Positions 42,141 to 57,565 of a DNA stretch of 64,000 nt are shown piece by piece. The notes below the pieces were generated by a model, which made no database searches, was not told the origin of the DNA, and saw nothing but the letters and a program-made list of their open reading frames with translations. Numbering within the stretch: position 1 is the stretch's first letter; every line of letters starts with the position of its first letter. Source of the stretch: the human T2T-CHM13v2.0 reference genome, Homo sapiens. The translations under genes and the position numbers were made by a program. Location of the stretch: assembly GCA_009914755.4 (NCBI GenBank), contig CP086569.2, positions 57,440,001 to 57,504,000 on the forward strand, given 5' to 3'.

Positions 42141-43411
42141 TGAATAGAATCAAACTAAATCGAATGGAATGGAATTGATAGGAACGGAATGGAAAGGAAT
42201 GCAATGATTTGGCATGGAATGGAATCGAATGGCATCGAATGGAATGGAATGGAATGCAATGGAATGGAATGTATTAGAATGTAATGAACTTTAATGGAAT
42301 GTACTCGAATGGATTCGACTGGAATGGAATGTTCTGGAAGTGAATGGACTCCAATGGAATGGATTCAAAAGGAATGGAATCGTACGGAATGGAATCTAAT
42401 GGAATGGAATTAAATGGAAATGAATCAAATTGAATAGCACGGAATTGAATTGAATGGAATCGAATGCAATGGAATCTAATGAAACGGAAAGGAAAGGAAT
42501 GGAATGGAATGGAATGGGCTGGAATGGAAAGGAATCGAAACGAATGGAATGGAATCGAACTGAAGAGACTGGAATGGAATGCACTGGAATGGAAGGGAGT
42601 GTAATGGAAGGTTCTCGAAAAAAATGGAACCGAATGGAATGGAATTGAATGGAACGGAATAGAGTCGAATGGAATTGAATGGAATGGAATGGACTAGAGT
42701 GAAATGGAATCGAACCACAAGGAATGGACAGGAATAGAATGGTCTCGAATTGAATGGAATCGTATGGAATGGTCAAACGGAATGGAATGGACAGTCACGG
42801 AATGGAATGCACTCGAATGCAATGGAGTCGAAACTAATGGACTGGAATAGAATGGATTCGACTGGTACGGACTCCAATGGAATGGAATCGAATGGAAGGG
42901 AATCGAACGGAATGGACTCGAAGGGAAAAGACTGCAATGGAAAGGTCTCGAATGGAATGGAAATTAATGGAATGGAATGGAATCGAATGAAATGGAGTCA
43001 AAAGGAATGGAATCGAATGGCAAGAAATCAAATGTAATGGAATCGCAAGGAATTGATGTGAACGGAACGGAATGGAATGGAATCCAAAGGAATGGAATAG
43101 AATGGAATGGAATCGAATGGAAAGGACTCGAATGGAAATCACTCGAATAGAATGCAATTTAATAAAATAGGATCAAATGTAATGGAATGGAATGGAAAGG
43201 AATCGAAACGAAAGGAATGGAGACCGATGGAATGGAATGGAACAGAGAGCAATGGTATAGAATGGAATGGAATCATCTGGAATGGAATTGAATGGAATGG
43301 AATAATATGAAATGGAATGGAATGGAATGGAATGGAATGCCCTTGAATTAAATGGACTGGAATGGAATGGACTCGAACAGAGTGGAATGGAAAGTGTTGA
43401 GATAGAATGGA

Positions 43412-46400
43412 ATGGACTCCTTTGGAATGGTGTAGTATGCAATGTAATCGACTGGCAGGGAATCAAAAGGAATGTAATCGAATGGATTGGACTGGAATGC
43501 AATGGACTCGAATAGATTGGAAACGGAATGCAAAGGAATGGAATGGAATAGTATGGAATGGAATGGAAAGGAATGGAGTGGAATAGACTAGAGTGGAATG
43601 GAATGGACTGGAAAGCAATGGACTGGAATGGAACTTTCTTGAATGGACTGGAATCAAACGGAATGGAATGCAATGCAATCAAATGGCATGGAATAAAATA
43701 GAATGAAAGAGAATCAAATGGAATTGAATCGAATGGAATCGAATGGATTGGAAAGGAATAGAATGGAATGGAATGGAATTGACTCAAATGGAATGGACTA
43801 GAATGGAATGGATTCGAATGGAAGGCAAAGGAATGGAATCTATTGGAATGGAATGTAATGGAATGGAATGGAAGGGATTGGAATGGACTCGAATGGAATG
43901 GACTGCAATAGAAAGGATTCGAATGGAATGAAAAAGAATTGAATGGAATAGAACAGAATGGAATCAAATCGAATGAAATGGAATGGAATAGAAAGGAATG
44001 GAATGAAATGGAATGGAAAGGATTCGAATGGAATGCAATCGAATGGAATGGAATCGAACGGAATGGAATAAAATGGAAGAAAACTGGCAAGAAATGGAAT
44101 CGAAATGAATGGAGTGTTATGGAACGGACTCAAAAGGAATTGAATGTAATAGAATGGAGTGGAGTGGACTCGAATATAATGGACTGGAATGGAATGAAAT
44201 CACATGGAATGGGAACGAATGGAATGGAATGGAAAGGAATGGAATGGAATGGAAAGGAATCGAATGGAAGGGAATGAAAATGAATCAACAGGAATGGAAG
44301 GGAATAGAATAGACGGTAATGGAATGGACTCGAATAGAATGGACACGAATGCTCAAATTGAATGGACTCGAAAGGAATGGAAAGGAAAGGAATGTCATCG
44401 AATGGAATTGAATCGATTGGAATGAAATCGCATAGAATGGAGTGGAATCAAATGGAATTGAATCGAAAGGAAAGGAAGCGAATGGACTGAAATGAAATGG
44501 AATGGAATTGAATGGAAAGTAATGCAATGGAATAGAATGGAACGAAATTTCACGGAATGGAATCAAACTGAATGGAATCAAATCAATGGAATCTAATCAA
44601 ATGGAATGGAAAGGAATTGAATGGAGTAGATTGGATTGGATGGGATTGGAATGAAATGTACTGGAAAGGACTCGAATTTCATGAAACGGAATGGAATGAA
44701 TTGGAACGGAATGGACTCGAATGGAATGGAATGTCATCGAATGGCATCAAATGGAATGGCATCAAATGGAATGGAATCGAATGCAATGGAATGCTATGGA
44801 ATGGAATGGAATGCATTGGAATGGAATGTCCTCTAATGGAATGGATTCGAGTGGAATGGAATCGAATATAATGGAGTCGAATGAAATGGAATTGAAAAGA
44901 ATGGGATCGAATACAATGGAATATACTGGAATGTAATGTAATGAACTCGAATGTAATTGACTGGAATGGAATGTACATGAATGGAATGTAATCGAATAGA
45001 AAGTAATCCAATGGAATAGAATGTAAAGCAATAAAATCGACTCAGATAGAGTAGAATGTAATGGAATGGAGTGTAGTGCAATGGAATGGAATGGAATGGA
45101 ATGCAATGGAATGGAATGGAATGGGATGGAATGGTATGGAATGGATAGTAATGGACTGGAGTGAAATGGACTGGAAAGGAATGGACTCAAATTGAAAGGG
45201 CTCGAAAGGAATGGAGACAAATGGAATGGTCTGGAATGGAATGAACACGAATGTAATGCAATCCAATAGAATGGAGTCGAATGGCAGGGAATATAAAGAA
45301 ATGGAATCGAAGAGAATGGAAACAAATGGAATGGAATTGAATGGAATGGAATTGAATGGAATGGGAACGAATGGAGTGAAATTGTATGCAGTAGAAGAGA
45401 ATAGAATGGAATGCAAGCGAAAGGAAAGGAATGGATTGGAATGGAATGGAATTCATTGGAATGGAAGGGAATGTAGTGTAATGGACAGGCCTGCAATAAA
45501 GTGGAATGCTACGGTCTCGAATGGAATAAAAATGTATGGAATGGAATGCAATGAAACGGAATCGAATGTCATAGAATGTAATGGAATGCAAAAAAATGGA
45601 ATCCAAAATCATTGACTGGAAAGGCTGGGTGTCGAAAGGAATTGACTCCAATGGAATGGAATCGAATGGAATGGAAGTGAATAGAATCAAACTAAATCGA
45701 ATGGAATGGAATTGATAGGAACGGAATGGAAAGGAATGCAATGATTTGGCATGGAATGGAATCGAATGGCATCAAATGGAATGGAATGGAATGCAATGGA
45801 ATGGAATGTATTAGAATATAATGAACTTTAATGGAATGTACTCGAATGGATTCGACTGGAATGGAATGTTCTGGAAGTGAATGGACTCCAATGGAATGGA
45901 TTCCAAAGGAATGGAATCGTACGGAATGGAATCTAATGGAATGGAATTAAATGGAAATGAATCAAATTGAATAGCACGGAATTGAATTGAATGGAATGGA
46001 ATGCAATGGAATCTAATGAAACGGAAAGGAAAGGAATGCAATGGAATGGAATGGGCTGGAATGGAAAGGAATCGAAACGAATGGAATGGAATCGAACTGA
46101 AGAGACTGGAATGGAAAGCACTGGAATGGAAGGGAGTGTAATGGAAGGTTCTCGAAAAAAATGGAATCGAATGGAATGGAATTGAATGGAACGGAATAGA
46201 GTCGAATGCAATTGAATGGAATGGAATGGACTAGAGTGAAATGGAATCGAACCACAAGGAATGGACAGGAATAGAATGGTCTCGAATTGAATGGAATCGT
46301 ATGGAATGGCATCAAACGGAATGGAATGGACAGCCACGGAATGGAATGCACTCGAATGCAATGGAGTCGAAACTAATGGACTGGAATAGAATGGATTCGA

Positions 46401-46950
46401 CTGGTACGGACTCCAATGGAATGGAATCGAATGGAAGGGAATCGAACGGAATGGACTCGAAGGGAAAAGACTGCAATGGAAAGGTCTCGAATGGAATGGA
46501 AATTAATGGAATGGAATGGAATCGAATGAAATGGAGTCAAAAGGAATGGAATCGAATGGCAAGAAATCAAATGTAATGGAATCGCAAGGAATTGATGTGA
46601 ACGGAACGGAATGGAATGGAATCCAAAGGAATGGAATAGAATGGAATGGAATCGAATGGAAAGGACTCGAATGGAAATCACTCGAATAGAATGCAATTTA
46701 ATAAAATAGGATCAAATGTAATGGAATGGAATGGAAAGGAATCGAAACGAAAGGAATGGAGACCGATGGAATGGAATGGAACAGAGAGCAATGGTATAGA
46801 ATGGAATGGAATCATCTGGAATGGAATTGAATGGAATGGAATAATATGAAATGGAATGGAATGGAATGGAATGGAATGCCCTTGAATTAAATGAACTGGA
46901 ATGGAATGGACTCGAACAGAGTGGAATGGAAAGTGTTGAGATAGAATGGA
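43412..46950 (+). repeat. HOR unit U12 (~3539 bp)
   Basis: Landmark spacing 43107 to 46646. Confidence 0.85.
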
Positions 46951-49900
46951 ATGGACTCCTTTGGAATGGTCTAGCATGCAATGCAATCGACTGGCAGGGA
47001 ATCAAAAGGAATGTAATAGAATGGATTGGACTGGAATGCAATGGACTCGAATAGATTGGAAACGGAATGCAAAGGAATGGAATGGAATAGTATGGAATGG
47101 AATGGAAAGGAATGGAGTGGAATAGACTAGAGTGGAATGGAATGGACTCGAAAGCAATGGACTGGAATGGAACTTTCTTGAATGGACTGGAATCAAACGG
47201 AATGGAATGCAATGCAATCAAATGGCATGGAATAAGATAGAATGAAAGAGAATCAAATGGAATTGAATGGAATGGAATCGAATGGATTGGAAAGGAATAG
47301 AATGGAATGGAATGGAATTGACTCAAATGGAATGGACTAGAATGGAATGGATTCGAATGGAAGGCAAAGGAATGGAATCTATTGGAATGGACTGTAATGG
47401 AATGCAATGAAAGGGATTGGAATGGACTCGAATGGAATGGACTGCAATAGAAAGGATTCGAATGGAATGAAAAAGAATTGAATGGAATAGAACAGAATGG
47501 AATCAAATCGAATGAAATGGAATGGAATAGAAAGGAATGGAATGAAATGGAATGGAAAGGATTCGAATGGAATGCAATCGAATGGAATGGAATCGAACGG
47601 AATGGAATAAAATGGAAGAAAACTGGCAAGAAATGGAATCGAAATGAATGGAGTGTTATGGAATGGACTCAAAAGGAATTGAATGTAATAGAATGGAGTG
47701 GAGTGGACTCGAATATAATGGACTGGAATGGAATGAAATCACACGGAATGGGAACGAATGGAATGGAATGGAAAGGAATGGAATCGAATGGAAAGGAATC
47801 GAATGGAAGGGAATGAAATTGAATCAACAGGAATGGAAGGGAATAGAATAGACGGTAATGGAATGGACTCGAATAGAATGGACACGAATGCTCAAATTGA
47901 ATGGACTTGAATGGAATGGAAACGAAAGGAATGTCATCGAATGGAATTGAATCGATTGGAATGAAATCGCATAGAATGGAGTGGAATCAAATGGAATTGA
48001 ATCGAAAGGAAAGGAAGCGAATGGACTGAAATGAAATGGAATGGAATTGAATGGAAAGTAATGCAATGGAATAGAATGGAACGAAATTTCACGGAATGGA
48101 ATCAAACTGAATGGAATCAAATCAATAGAATCAAATCAAATGGAATGGAAAGGAATTGAATGGAGTAGATTGGATTGGATGGGATTGGAATGAAATGTAC
48201 TGGAAAGGACTCGAATTTCATGAAACGGAATGGAATGAATTGGAACGGAATGGACTCGAATGGAATGGAATGTCATGGAATGGCATCAAATGGAATGGCA
48301 TCAAATGGAATGGAATCGAATGCAATGGAATGCTATGGAATGGAATGGAATGCATTGGAATGGAATGTCCTCTAATGGAATGGATTCGAGTGGAATGGAA
48401 TCGAATATAATGGAGTCGAATGAAATGGAATTGAAAAGAATGGGATCGAATACAATGGAATATACTGGAATGTAATGTAATGAACTCGAATGTAATTGAC
48501 TGGAATGGAATGTACATGAATGGAATGTAATCGAATGGAAAGTAATCCAATGGAATAGAATCTAATGCAATAAAATCGACTCAGATAGAGTAGAATGTAA
48601 TGGAATGGAGTGCAGTGCAATGGAATGGAATGGAATGCAATGGAATGGAATGGAATGGAATGGAATGGGATGGAATGGTATGGAATGGATAGTAATGGAC
48701 TGGAAAGGAATGGACTCAAATTGAAAGGGCTCGAAAGGAATGGAGACAAATGGAATGGTCTGGAATGGAATGAACACGAATGTAATGCAATCCAATAGAA
48801 TGGAGTCGAATGGCAGGGAATATAAAGAAATGGAATCGAAGAGAATGGAAGCAAATGGAATGGAATTGAATGGAATGGAATTGAATGGAATGGGAACGAA
48901 TGGAGTGAAATTGTATGCAGTAGAAGAGAATAGAATGGAATGCAAGCGAAAGGAAAGGAATGGATTGGAATGGAATGGAATGGAATTCATTGGAATGGAA
49001 GGGAATGTAGTGTAATGGACAGGCCTGCAATAAAGTGGAATGCTACGGTCTTGAATGGAATAAAAATGTATGGAATGGAAAGCAATGAAACGGAATCGAA
49101 TGTCATAGAATGTAATGCAATGCAAAAAAATGGAATCCAAAATCATTGACTGGAAAGTCTGGGTGTCGAAAGGAATTGACTCCGATGGAGTGGAATCGAA
49201 TGGAATGGAAGTGAATAGAATCAAACTAAATCGAATGGAATGGAATTGATAGGAACGGAATGGAAAGGAATGCAATGATTTGGCATGGAATGGAATCGAA
49301 TGTCTTCAAATGGAATGGAATGGAATGCAATGGAATGGAATGTATTAGAATGTAATGAACTTTAATGGAATATACTCGAATGGATTCGACTGGAATGGAA
49401 TGTTCTGGAAGTGAATGGACTCCAATGGAATGGATTCAAAAGGAATGGAATCGTACGCAATGGAATCTAATGGAATGGAATTAAATGGAAATGAATCAAA
49501 TTGAATAGCACGGAATTGAATTGAATGGAATGGAATGCAATGGAATCTAATGAAACGGAAAGGAAAGGAATGCAATGGAATGGAATGGGCTGGAATGGAA
49601 AGGAATCGAAACGAATGGAATGGAATCGAACTGAAGAGACTGGAATGGAAAGCACTGGAATGGAAGGGAGTGTAATGTAAGGTTCTCGAAAAAAATGGAA
49701 TCGAATGGAATGCAATTGAATGGAACGGAATAGAGTCGAATGCAATTGAATGGAATGGAATGGACTAGAGTGAAATGGAATCGAACCACAAGGAATGGAC
49801 AGGAATAGAATGGTCTCGAATTGAATGGAATCGTATGGAATGGCATCAAACGGAATGGAATGGACAGCCACGGAATGGAATGCACTCGAATGCAATGGAG

Positions 49901-50484
49901 TCGAAACTAATGGACTGGAATAGAATAGACTCGACTGGTAAGGACTCCAATGGAATGGAATCGAATGGAAGGGAAACGAACGGAATGGACTCGAAGGGAA
50001 AAGACTGCAATGGAAAGGTCTCGAATGGAATGGAAATTAATGGAATGGAATGGAATCGAATGAAATGGAGGCAAAAGGAATGGAATCGAATGGCAAGAAA
50101 TCGAATGTAATGGAATCGCAAGGAATTGATGTGAACGGAACGGAATGGAATGGAATCCAAAGGAATGGAATAGAATGGAATGGAATCGAATGGAAAGGAC
50201 TCGAATGGAAATCACTCGAATAGAATGCAATTTAATAAAATAGGATCAAATGTAATGGAATGGAATGGAAAGGAATCGAAACGAAAGGAATGGAGACCGA
50301 TGGAATGGAATGGAACAGAGAGCAATGGTATAGAATGGAATGGAATCATCTGGAATGGAATTGAATGGAATGGAATAATATGAAATGGAATGGAATGGAA
50401 TGGAATGGAATGCCCTTGAATTAAATGGACTGGAATGGAATGGACTCGAACAGAGTGGAATGGAAAGTGTTGAGATAGAATGGA
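46951..50484 (+). repeat. HOR unit U13 (~3534 bp)
   Basis: Landmark spacing 46646 to 50180. It has a 15-bp deletion near 48700 and an extra pentamer near 48975. Confidence 0.85.
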
Positions 50485-53400
50485 ATGGACTCCTTTGGAA
50501 TGGTGTAGTATGCAATGCAATCGACTGGCAGGGAATCAAAAGGAATGTAATCGAATGGATTGGACTGGAATGCAATGGACTCGAATAGATTGGAAACGGA
50601 ATGCAAAGGAATGGAATGGAATAGTATGGAATGGAATGGAAAGGAATGGAGTGGAATAGACTAGAGTGGAATGGAATGGACTCGAAAGCAATGGACTGGA
50701 ATGGAACTTTCTTGAATGGACTGGAATCAAACGGAATGGAATGCAATGCAATCAAATGACATGGAATAAGATAGAATGAAAGAGAATCAAATGGAGTTAA
50801 ATCGAATGGAATCGAATGGATTGGAAAGGAATAGAATGGAATGGAATGGAATTGACTCAAATGGAATGGACTAGAATGGAATGGATTCGAATGGAAGGCA
50901 AAGGAATGGAATCTATTGGAATGGACTGTAATGGAATGCAATGGAAGGGATTGGAATGGACTCGAATGGAATGGACTGCAATAGAAAGGATTCGAATGGA
51001 ATGAAAAAGAATTGAATGGAATAGAACAGAATGGAATCAAATCGAATGAAATGGAATGGAATAGAAAGGAATGGAATGAAATGGAATGCAAAGGATTCGA
51101 ATGGAATGCAATCGAATGGAATGGAATCGAACGGAATGGAATAAAATGGAAGAAAACTGGCAAGAAATGGAATCGAAATGAATGGAGTGTTATGGAACGG
51201 ACTCAAAAGGAATTGAATGTAATAGAATGGAGTGGAGTGGACTCGAATATAATGGACTGGAATGGAATGAAATCACATGGAATGGGAACGAATGGAATGG
51301 AATGGAAAGGAATGGAATCGAATGGAAAGGAATCGAATGGAAGGGAATGAAATTGAATCAACAGGAATGGAAGGGAATAGAATAGACGGTAATGGAATGG
51401 ACTCGAATAGAATGGACACGAATGCTCAAATTGAATGGACTCGAATGGAATGGAAACGAAAGGAATGTCATCGAATGGAATTGAATCGATTGGAATGAAA
51501 TCACATAGAATGGAGTGGAATCAAATGGAATTGAATCGAAAGGAAAGGAAGCGAATGGACTGAAATGAAATGGAATGGAATTGAATGGAAAGTAATGCAA
51601 TGGAATAGAATGGAACGAAATTTCACGGAACGGAATCAAACTGAATGGAATCAAATCAATGGAATCTAATCAAATGGAATGGAAAGGAATTGAATGGAGT
51701 AGATTGGATTGGATGGGATTGGAATGAAATGTACTGGAAAGGACTCGAATTTCATGAAACGGAATGGAATGAATTGGAACGGAAGGGACTCGAATGGAAT
51801 GGAATGTCATGGAATGGCATCAAATGGAATGGCATCAAATGGAATGGAATCGAATGCAATGGAATGTTATGGAATGGAATGGAATGCATTGGAATGGAAT
51901 GTCCTCTAATGGAATGGATTCGAGTGGAATGGAATCGAATATAATGGAGTCGAATGAAATGGAATTGAAAAGAATGGGATCGAATACAATGGAATATACT
52001 GGAATGAAATGTAATGAACTCGAATGTAATTGACTGGAATGGAATGTACATGAATGGAATGTAATCGAATGGAAGGTAATCCAATGGAATAGAATCTAAT
52101 GCAATAAAATCGACTCAGATAGAGTAGAATGTAATGGAATGGAGTGCAGTGCAATGGAATGGAATGGAATGGAATGCAATGGAATGGAATGGAATGGAAT
52201 GGAATGGGATGGAATGGTATGGAATGGATAGTAATGGACTGGAGTGAAATGGACTGGAAAGGGATGGACTCAAATTGAAAGGGCTCGAAAGGAATGGAGA
52301 CAAATGGAATGGTCTGGAATGGAATGAACACGAATGTAATGCAATCCAATAGAATGGAGTCGAATGGCATGGAATATAAAGAAATGGAATCGAAGAGAAT
52401 GGAAACAAATGGAATGGAATTGAATGGAATGGAATTGAATGGAATGGGAACGAATGGAGTGAAATTGTATGCAGTAGAAGAGAATAGAATGGAATGCAAG
52501 CGAAAGGAAAGGAATGGATTGGAATGGAATGGAATTCATTGGAATGGAAGGGAATGTAGTGTAATGGACAGGCCTGGAATAAAGTGGAATGCTACGGTCT
52601 CGAATGGAATAAAAATGTATGGAATGGAATGCAATGAAACGGAATCGAATGTCATAGAATGTAATGGAATGCAAAAAAATGGACTCCAAAATCATTGACT
52701 GGAAAGGCTGGGTGTCGAAAGGAATTGACTCCAATGGAATGGAATCGAATGGAATGGAAGTGAATAGAATCAAACTAAATCGAATGGAATGGAATTGATA
52801 GGAACGGAATGGAAAGGAATGCAATGATTTGGCATGGAATGGAACCGAATGGCATCGAATGGAATGGAATGGAATGCAATGGAATGGAATGTATTAGAAT
52901 GTAATGAACTTTAATGGAATGTACTCGAATGGATTCGACTGGAATGGAATGTTCTGGAAGTGAATGGACTCCAATGGAATGGATTCAAAAGGAATGCAAT
53001 CGTACGGAATGGAATCTAATGGAATGGAATTAAATGGAAATGAATCAAATTGAATAGCACGGAATTGAATTGAATGGAATGGAATGCAATGGAATCTAAT
53101 GAAACGGAAAGGAAAGGAATGGAATGGAATGGAATGGGCTGGAATGGAAAGGAATCGAAACGAATGGAATGGAATCGAACTGAAGAGACTGGAATGGAAT
53201 GCACTGGAATGGAAGGGAGTGTAATGGAAGGTTCTCGAAAAAAAGGAATCGAATGGAATGGAATTGAATGGAACGGAATAGAGTCGAATGGAATTGAATG
53301 GAATGGAATGGACTAGAGTGAAATGGAATCGAACCACAAGGAATGGGCAGGAATAGAATGGTCTCGAATTGAATGGAATCGTATGGAATGGCATCAAACG

Positions 53401-54032
53401 GAATGGAATGGACAGCCCCGGAATGGAATGCACTCGAATGCAATGGAGTCGAAACTAATGGACTGGAATAGAATGGACTCGACTGGTACGGACTCCAATG
53501 GAATGGAATCGAATGGAAGGGAATCGAACGGAATGGACTCGAAGGGAAAAGACTGCAATGGAAAGGTCTCGAATGGAATGGAAATTAATGGAATGGAATG
53601 GAATCGAATGAAATGGAGTCAAAAGGAATGGAATCGAAGGGCAAGAAATCGAATGTAATGGAATCGCAAGGAATTGATGTGAACGGAACGGAATGGAATG
53701 GAATCCAAAGGAATGGAATAGAATGGAATGGAATCGAATGGAAAGGACTCGAATGGAAATCACTCGAATAGAATGCAATTTAATAAAATAGGATCAAATG
53801 TAATGGAATGGAATGGAAGGGAATCGAAACGAAAGGAATGGAGACAGATGGAATGGAATGGAACAGAGAGCAATGGTATAGAATGGAATGGAATCATCTG
53901 GAATGGAATTGAATGGAATGGAATAATATGAAATGGAATGGAATGGAATGGAATGGAATGCCCTCGAATTAAATGGACTGGAATGGAATGGACTCGAACA
54001 GAGTGGAATGGAAAGTGTTGAGATAGAATGGA
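50485..54032 (+). repeat. HOR unit U14 (~3548 bp)
   Basis: Landmark spacing 50180 to 53728. Confidence 0.85.
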
Positions 54033-57000
54033 ATGGACTCCTTTGGAATGGTGTAGTATGCAATGCAATCGACTGGCAGGGAATCAAAAGCAATGTAATG
54101 GAATGGATTGGACTGGAATGCAATGGACTCGAATAGATTGGAAACGGCATGCAAAGGAATGGAATGGAATAGTATGGAATGGAATGGAAAGGAATGGAGT
54201 GGAATAGACTAGAGTGGAATGGAATGGACTGGAAAGCAATGGACTGGAATGGAAGTTTCTTGAATGGACTGGAATCAAACGGAATGGAATGCAATGCAAT
54301 CAAATGGCATGGAATAAAATAGAATGAAAGAGAATCAAATGGAATTGAATCGAATGGAATCGAATGGATTGGAAAGGAATAGAATGGAATGGAATGGAAT
54401 TGACTCAAATGGAATGGACTAGAATGGAATGGATTCGAATGGAAGGCAAAGGAATGGAATCTATTGGAATGGACTGTAATGGAATGGAATGGAAGGGATT
54501 GGAATGGACTCGAATGGAATGGACTGCAATAGAAAGGATTCGAATGGAATGAAAAAGAATTGAATGGAATAGAACAGAATGGAATCAAATCGAATGAAAT
54601 GGAATGGAATAGAAAGGAATGGAATGAAATGGAATGGAAAGGATTCGAATGGAATGCAATCGAATGGAATGGAATCGAACGGAATGGAATAAAATGGAAG
54701 AAAACTGGCAAGAAATGGAATCGAAATGAATGGAGTGTTATGGAACGGACTCAAAAGGAATTGAATGTAATAGAATGGAGTGGAGTGGACTCGAATATAA
54801 TGGACTGGAATGGAATGAAATCACATGGAATGGGAACGAATGGAATGGAATGGAAAGGAATGGAATCGAATGGAAAGGAATCGAATGGAAGGGAATGAAA
54901 TTGAATCAACAGGAATGGAAGGGAATAGAATAGACGGTAATGGAATGGACTCGAATAGAATGGACACGAATGCTCAAATTGAATGGACTCGAAAGGAATG
55001 GAAAGGAAAGGAATGTCATCGAATGGAATTGAATCGATTGGAATGAAATCGCATAGAATGGAGTGGAATCAAATGGAATTGAATCGAAAGGAAAGGAAGC
55101 GAATGGACTGAAATGAAATGGAATGGAATTGAATGGAAAGTAATGCAATGGAATAGAATGGAACGAAATTTCACGGAATGGAATCAAACTGAATGGAATC
55201 AAATCAATGGAATCTAATCAAATGGAATGGAAAGGAATTGAATGGAGTAGATTGGATTGGATGGGATTGGAATGAAATGTACTGGAAAGGACTCGAATTT
55301 CATGAAACGGAATGGAATGAATTGGAACGGAATGGACTCGAATGGAATGGAATGTCATGGAATGGCATCAAATGGAATGGCATCAAATGGAATGGAATCG
55401 AATGCAATGGAATGCTATGGAATGGAATGGAATGCATTGGAATGGAATGTCCTCTAATGGAATGGATTCGAGTGGAATGGAATCGAATATAATGGAGTCG
55501 AATGAAATGGAATTGAAAGGAATGGGATCGAATAGAATAGAATATACTGGAATGTAATGTAATGAACTCGAATGTAATTGACTGGAATGGAATGTACATG
55601 AATGGAATGTAATCGAATGGAAAGTAATCCAATGGAATAGAATCTAATGCAATAAAATCGACTCAAATAGAGTAGAATGTAATGGAATGGAGTGCAGTGC
55701 AATGGAATGCAATGGAATGGAATGGAATGGAATGGAATGGGATGGAATGGTATGGAATGGATAGTAATGGACTGGAGTGAAATGGACTGGAAAGGAATGG
55801 ACTCAAATTGAAAGGGCTCGAAAGGAATGGAGTCAAATGGAATGGTCTGGAATGGAATGAACACGAATGTAATGCAATCCAATAGAATGGAATCGAATGG
55901 CATGGAATATAAAGAAATGGAATCGAAGAGAATGGAAACAAATTGAATGGAATTGAATGGAATGGAATTGAATGGAATGGGAACGAATGGAGTGAAATTG
56001 TATGCAGTAGAAGAGAATAGAATGGAATGCAAGCGAAAGGAAAGGAATGGATTGGAATGGAATGGAATTCATTGGAATGGAAGGGAATGTAGTGTAATGG
56101 ACAGGCCTGGAATAAAGTGGAATGCTACGGTCTCGAATGGAATAAAAATGTATTGAATGGAATGCAATGAAACGGAATCGAATGTCATAGAATGTAATGG
56201 AATGCAAAAAATGGAATCCAAAATCATTGACTGGAAAGGCTGGGTGTCGAAAGGAATTGACTCCAATGGAATGGAATCGAATGGAATGGAAGTGAATAGA
56301 ATCGAACTAAATCGAATGGAATGGAATTGATAGGAACGGAATGGAAAGGAATGCAATGATTTGGCATGGAATGGAATCGAATGGCATCGAATGGAATGGA
56401 ATGGAATGCAATGGAATGGAATGTGTTAGAATGTAATGAACTTTAATGGAATGTACTCGAATGGATTCGACTGGAATGGAATGTTCTGGAAGTGAATGGA
56501 CTCCAATGGAATGGATTCCAAAGGAATGGAATCGTACGGAATGGAATCTAATGGAATGGAATTAAATGGAAATGAATCAAATGGAATAGCACGGAATTGA
56601 ATTGAATGGAATGGAATGCAATGGAATCTAATGAAACGGAAAGGAAAGGAATGGAATGGAATGGAATGGGCCTGAATGGAAAGGAATCGAAATGAATGGA
56701 ATAGAATCGAACTGAAGAGACTGGAATGGAATGCACTGGAATGGAAGGGACTGTAATGGAAGGTTCTCGAAAAAAATGGAATGGAATGGAATGGAATTGA
56801 ATGGAACGGAATAGAGTCGAATGCAATTGAATGGAATGGAATGGACTAGAGTGAAATGGAATCGAACCACAAGGAATGGACAGGAATAGAATGGTCTCGA
56901 ATTGAATGTAATCGTATGGAATGGCATCAAACGGAATGGAATGGACAGCCACGGAATGGAATGCACTCGAATGCAATGGAGTCGAAACTAATGGACTGGA

Positions 57001-57565
57001 ATAGAATGGACTCGACTGGTACGGACTCCAATGGAATGGAATCGAATGGAAGGGAATCGAACGGAATGGACTCGAAGGGAAAAGACTGCAATGGAAAGGT
57101 CTGGAATGGAATGGAAATTAATGGAATGGAATGGAATCGAATGAAATGGAGTCAAAAGGAATGGAATCGAATGGCAAGAAATCGAATGTAATGGAATCAC
57201 AAGGAATTGATGTGAACGGAACGGAATGGAATGGAATCCAAAGGAATGGAATAGAATGGAATGGAATCGAATGGAAAGGACTCGAATGGAAATCACTCGA
57301 ATAGAATGCAATTTAATAAAATAGGATCAAATGTAATGGAATGGAATGGAAAGGAATCGAAACGAAAGGAATGGAGACAGATGGAATGGAATGGAACAGA
57401 GAGCAATGGTATAGAATGGAATGGAATCATCTGGAATGGAATTGAATGGAATGGAATAATATGAAATGGAATGGAATGGAATGGAATGGAATGGAATGCC
57501 CTTGAATTAAATGGAATGGACTCGAACAGAGTGGAATGGAAAGTGTTGAGATAGCATGGAATGGA
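54033..57565 (+). repeat. HOR unit U15 (~3533 bp)
   Basis: Landmark spacing 53728 to 57261. It has an extra GGCC at 56669-56672 ('aatgggcctgaatgg'). Confidence 0.85.

Larger units (their letters stand above)
39060..43411 (+). repeat. HOR unit U11 (~4352 bp), enlarged by a 785-bp internal tandem duplication.
   Basis: Landmark spacing 38755 to 43107 is 4352. The ORF-track motif 'METN.MVWNG...' (134 aa) appears twice within this one unit, at 40889 and 41674, 785 bp apart. Confidence 0.85.
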
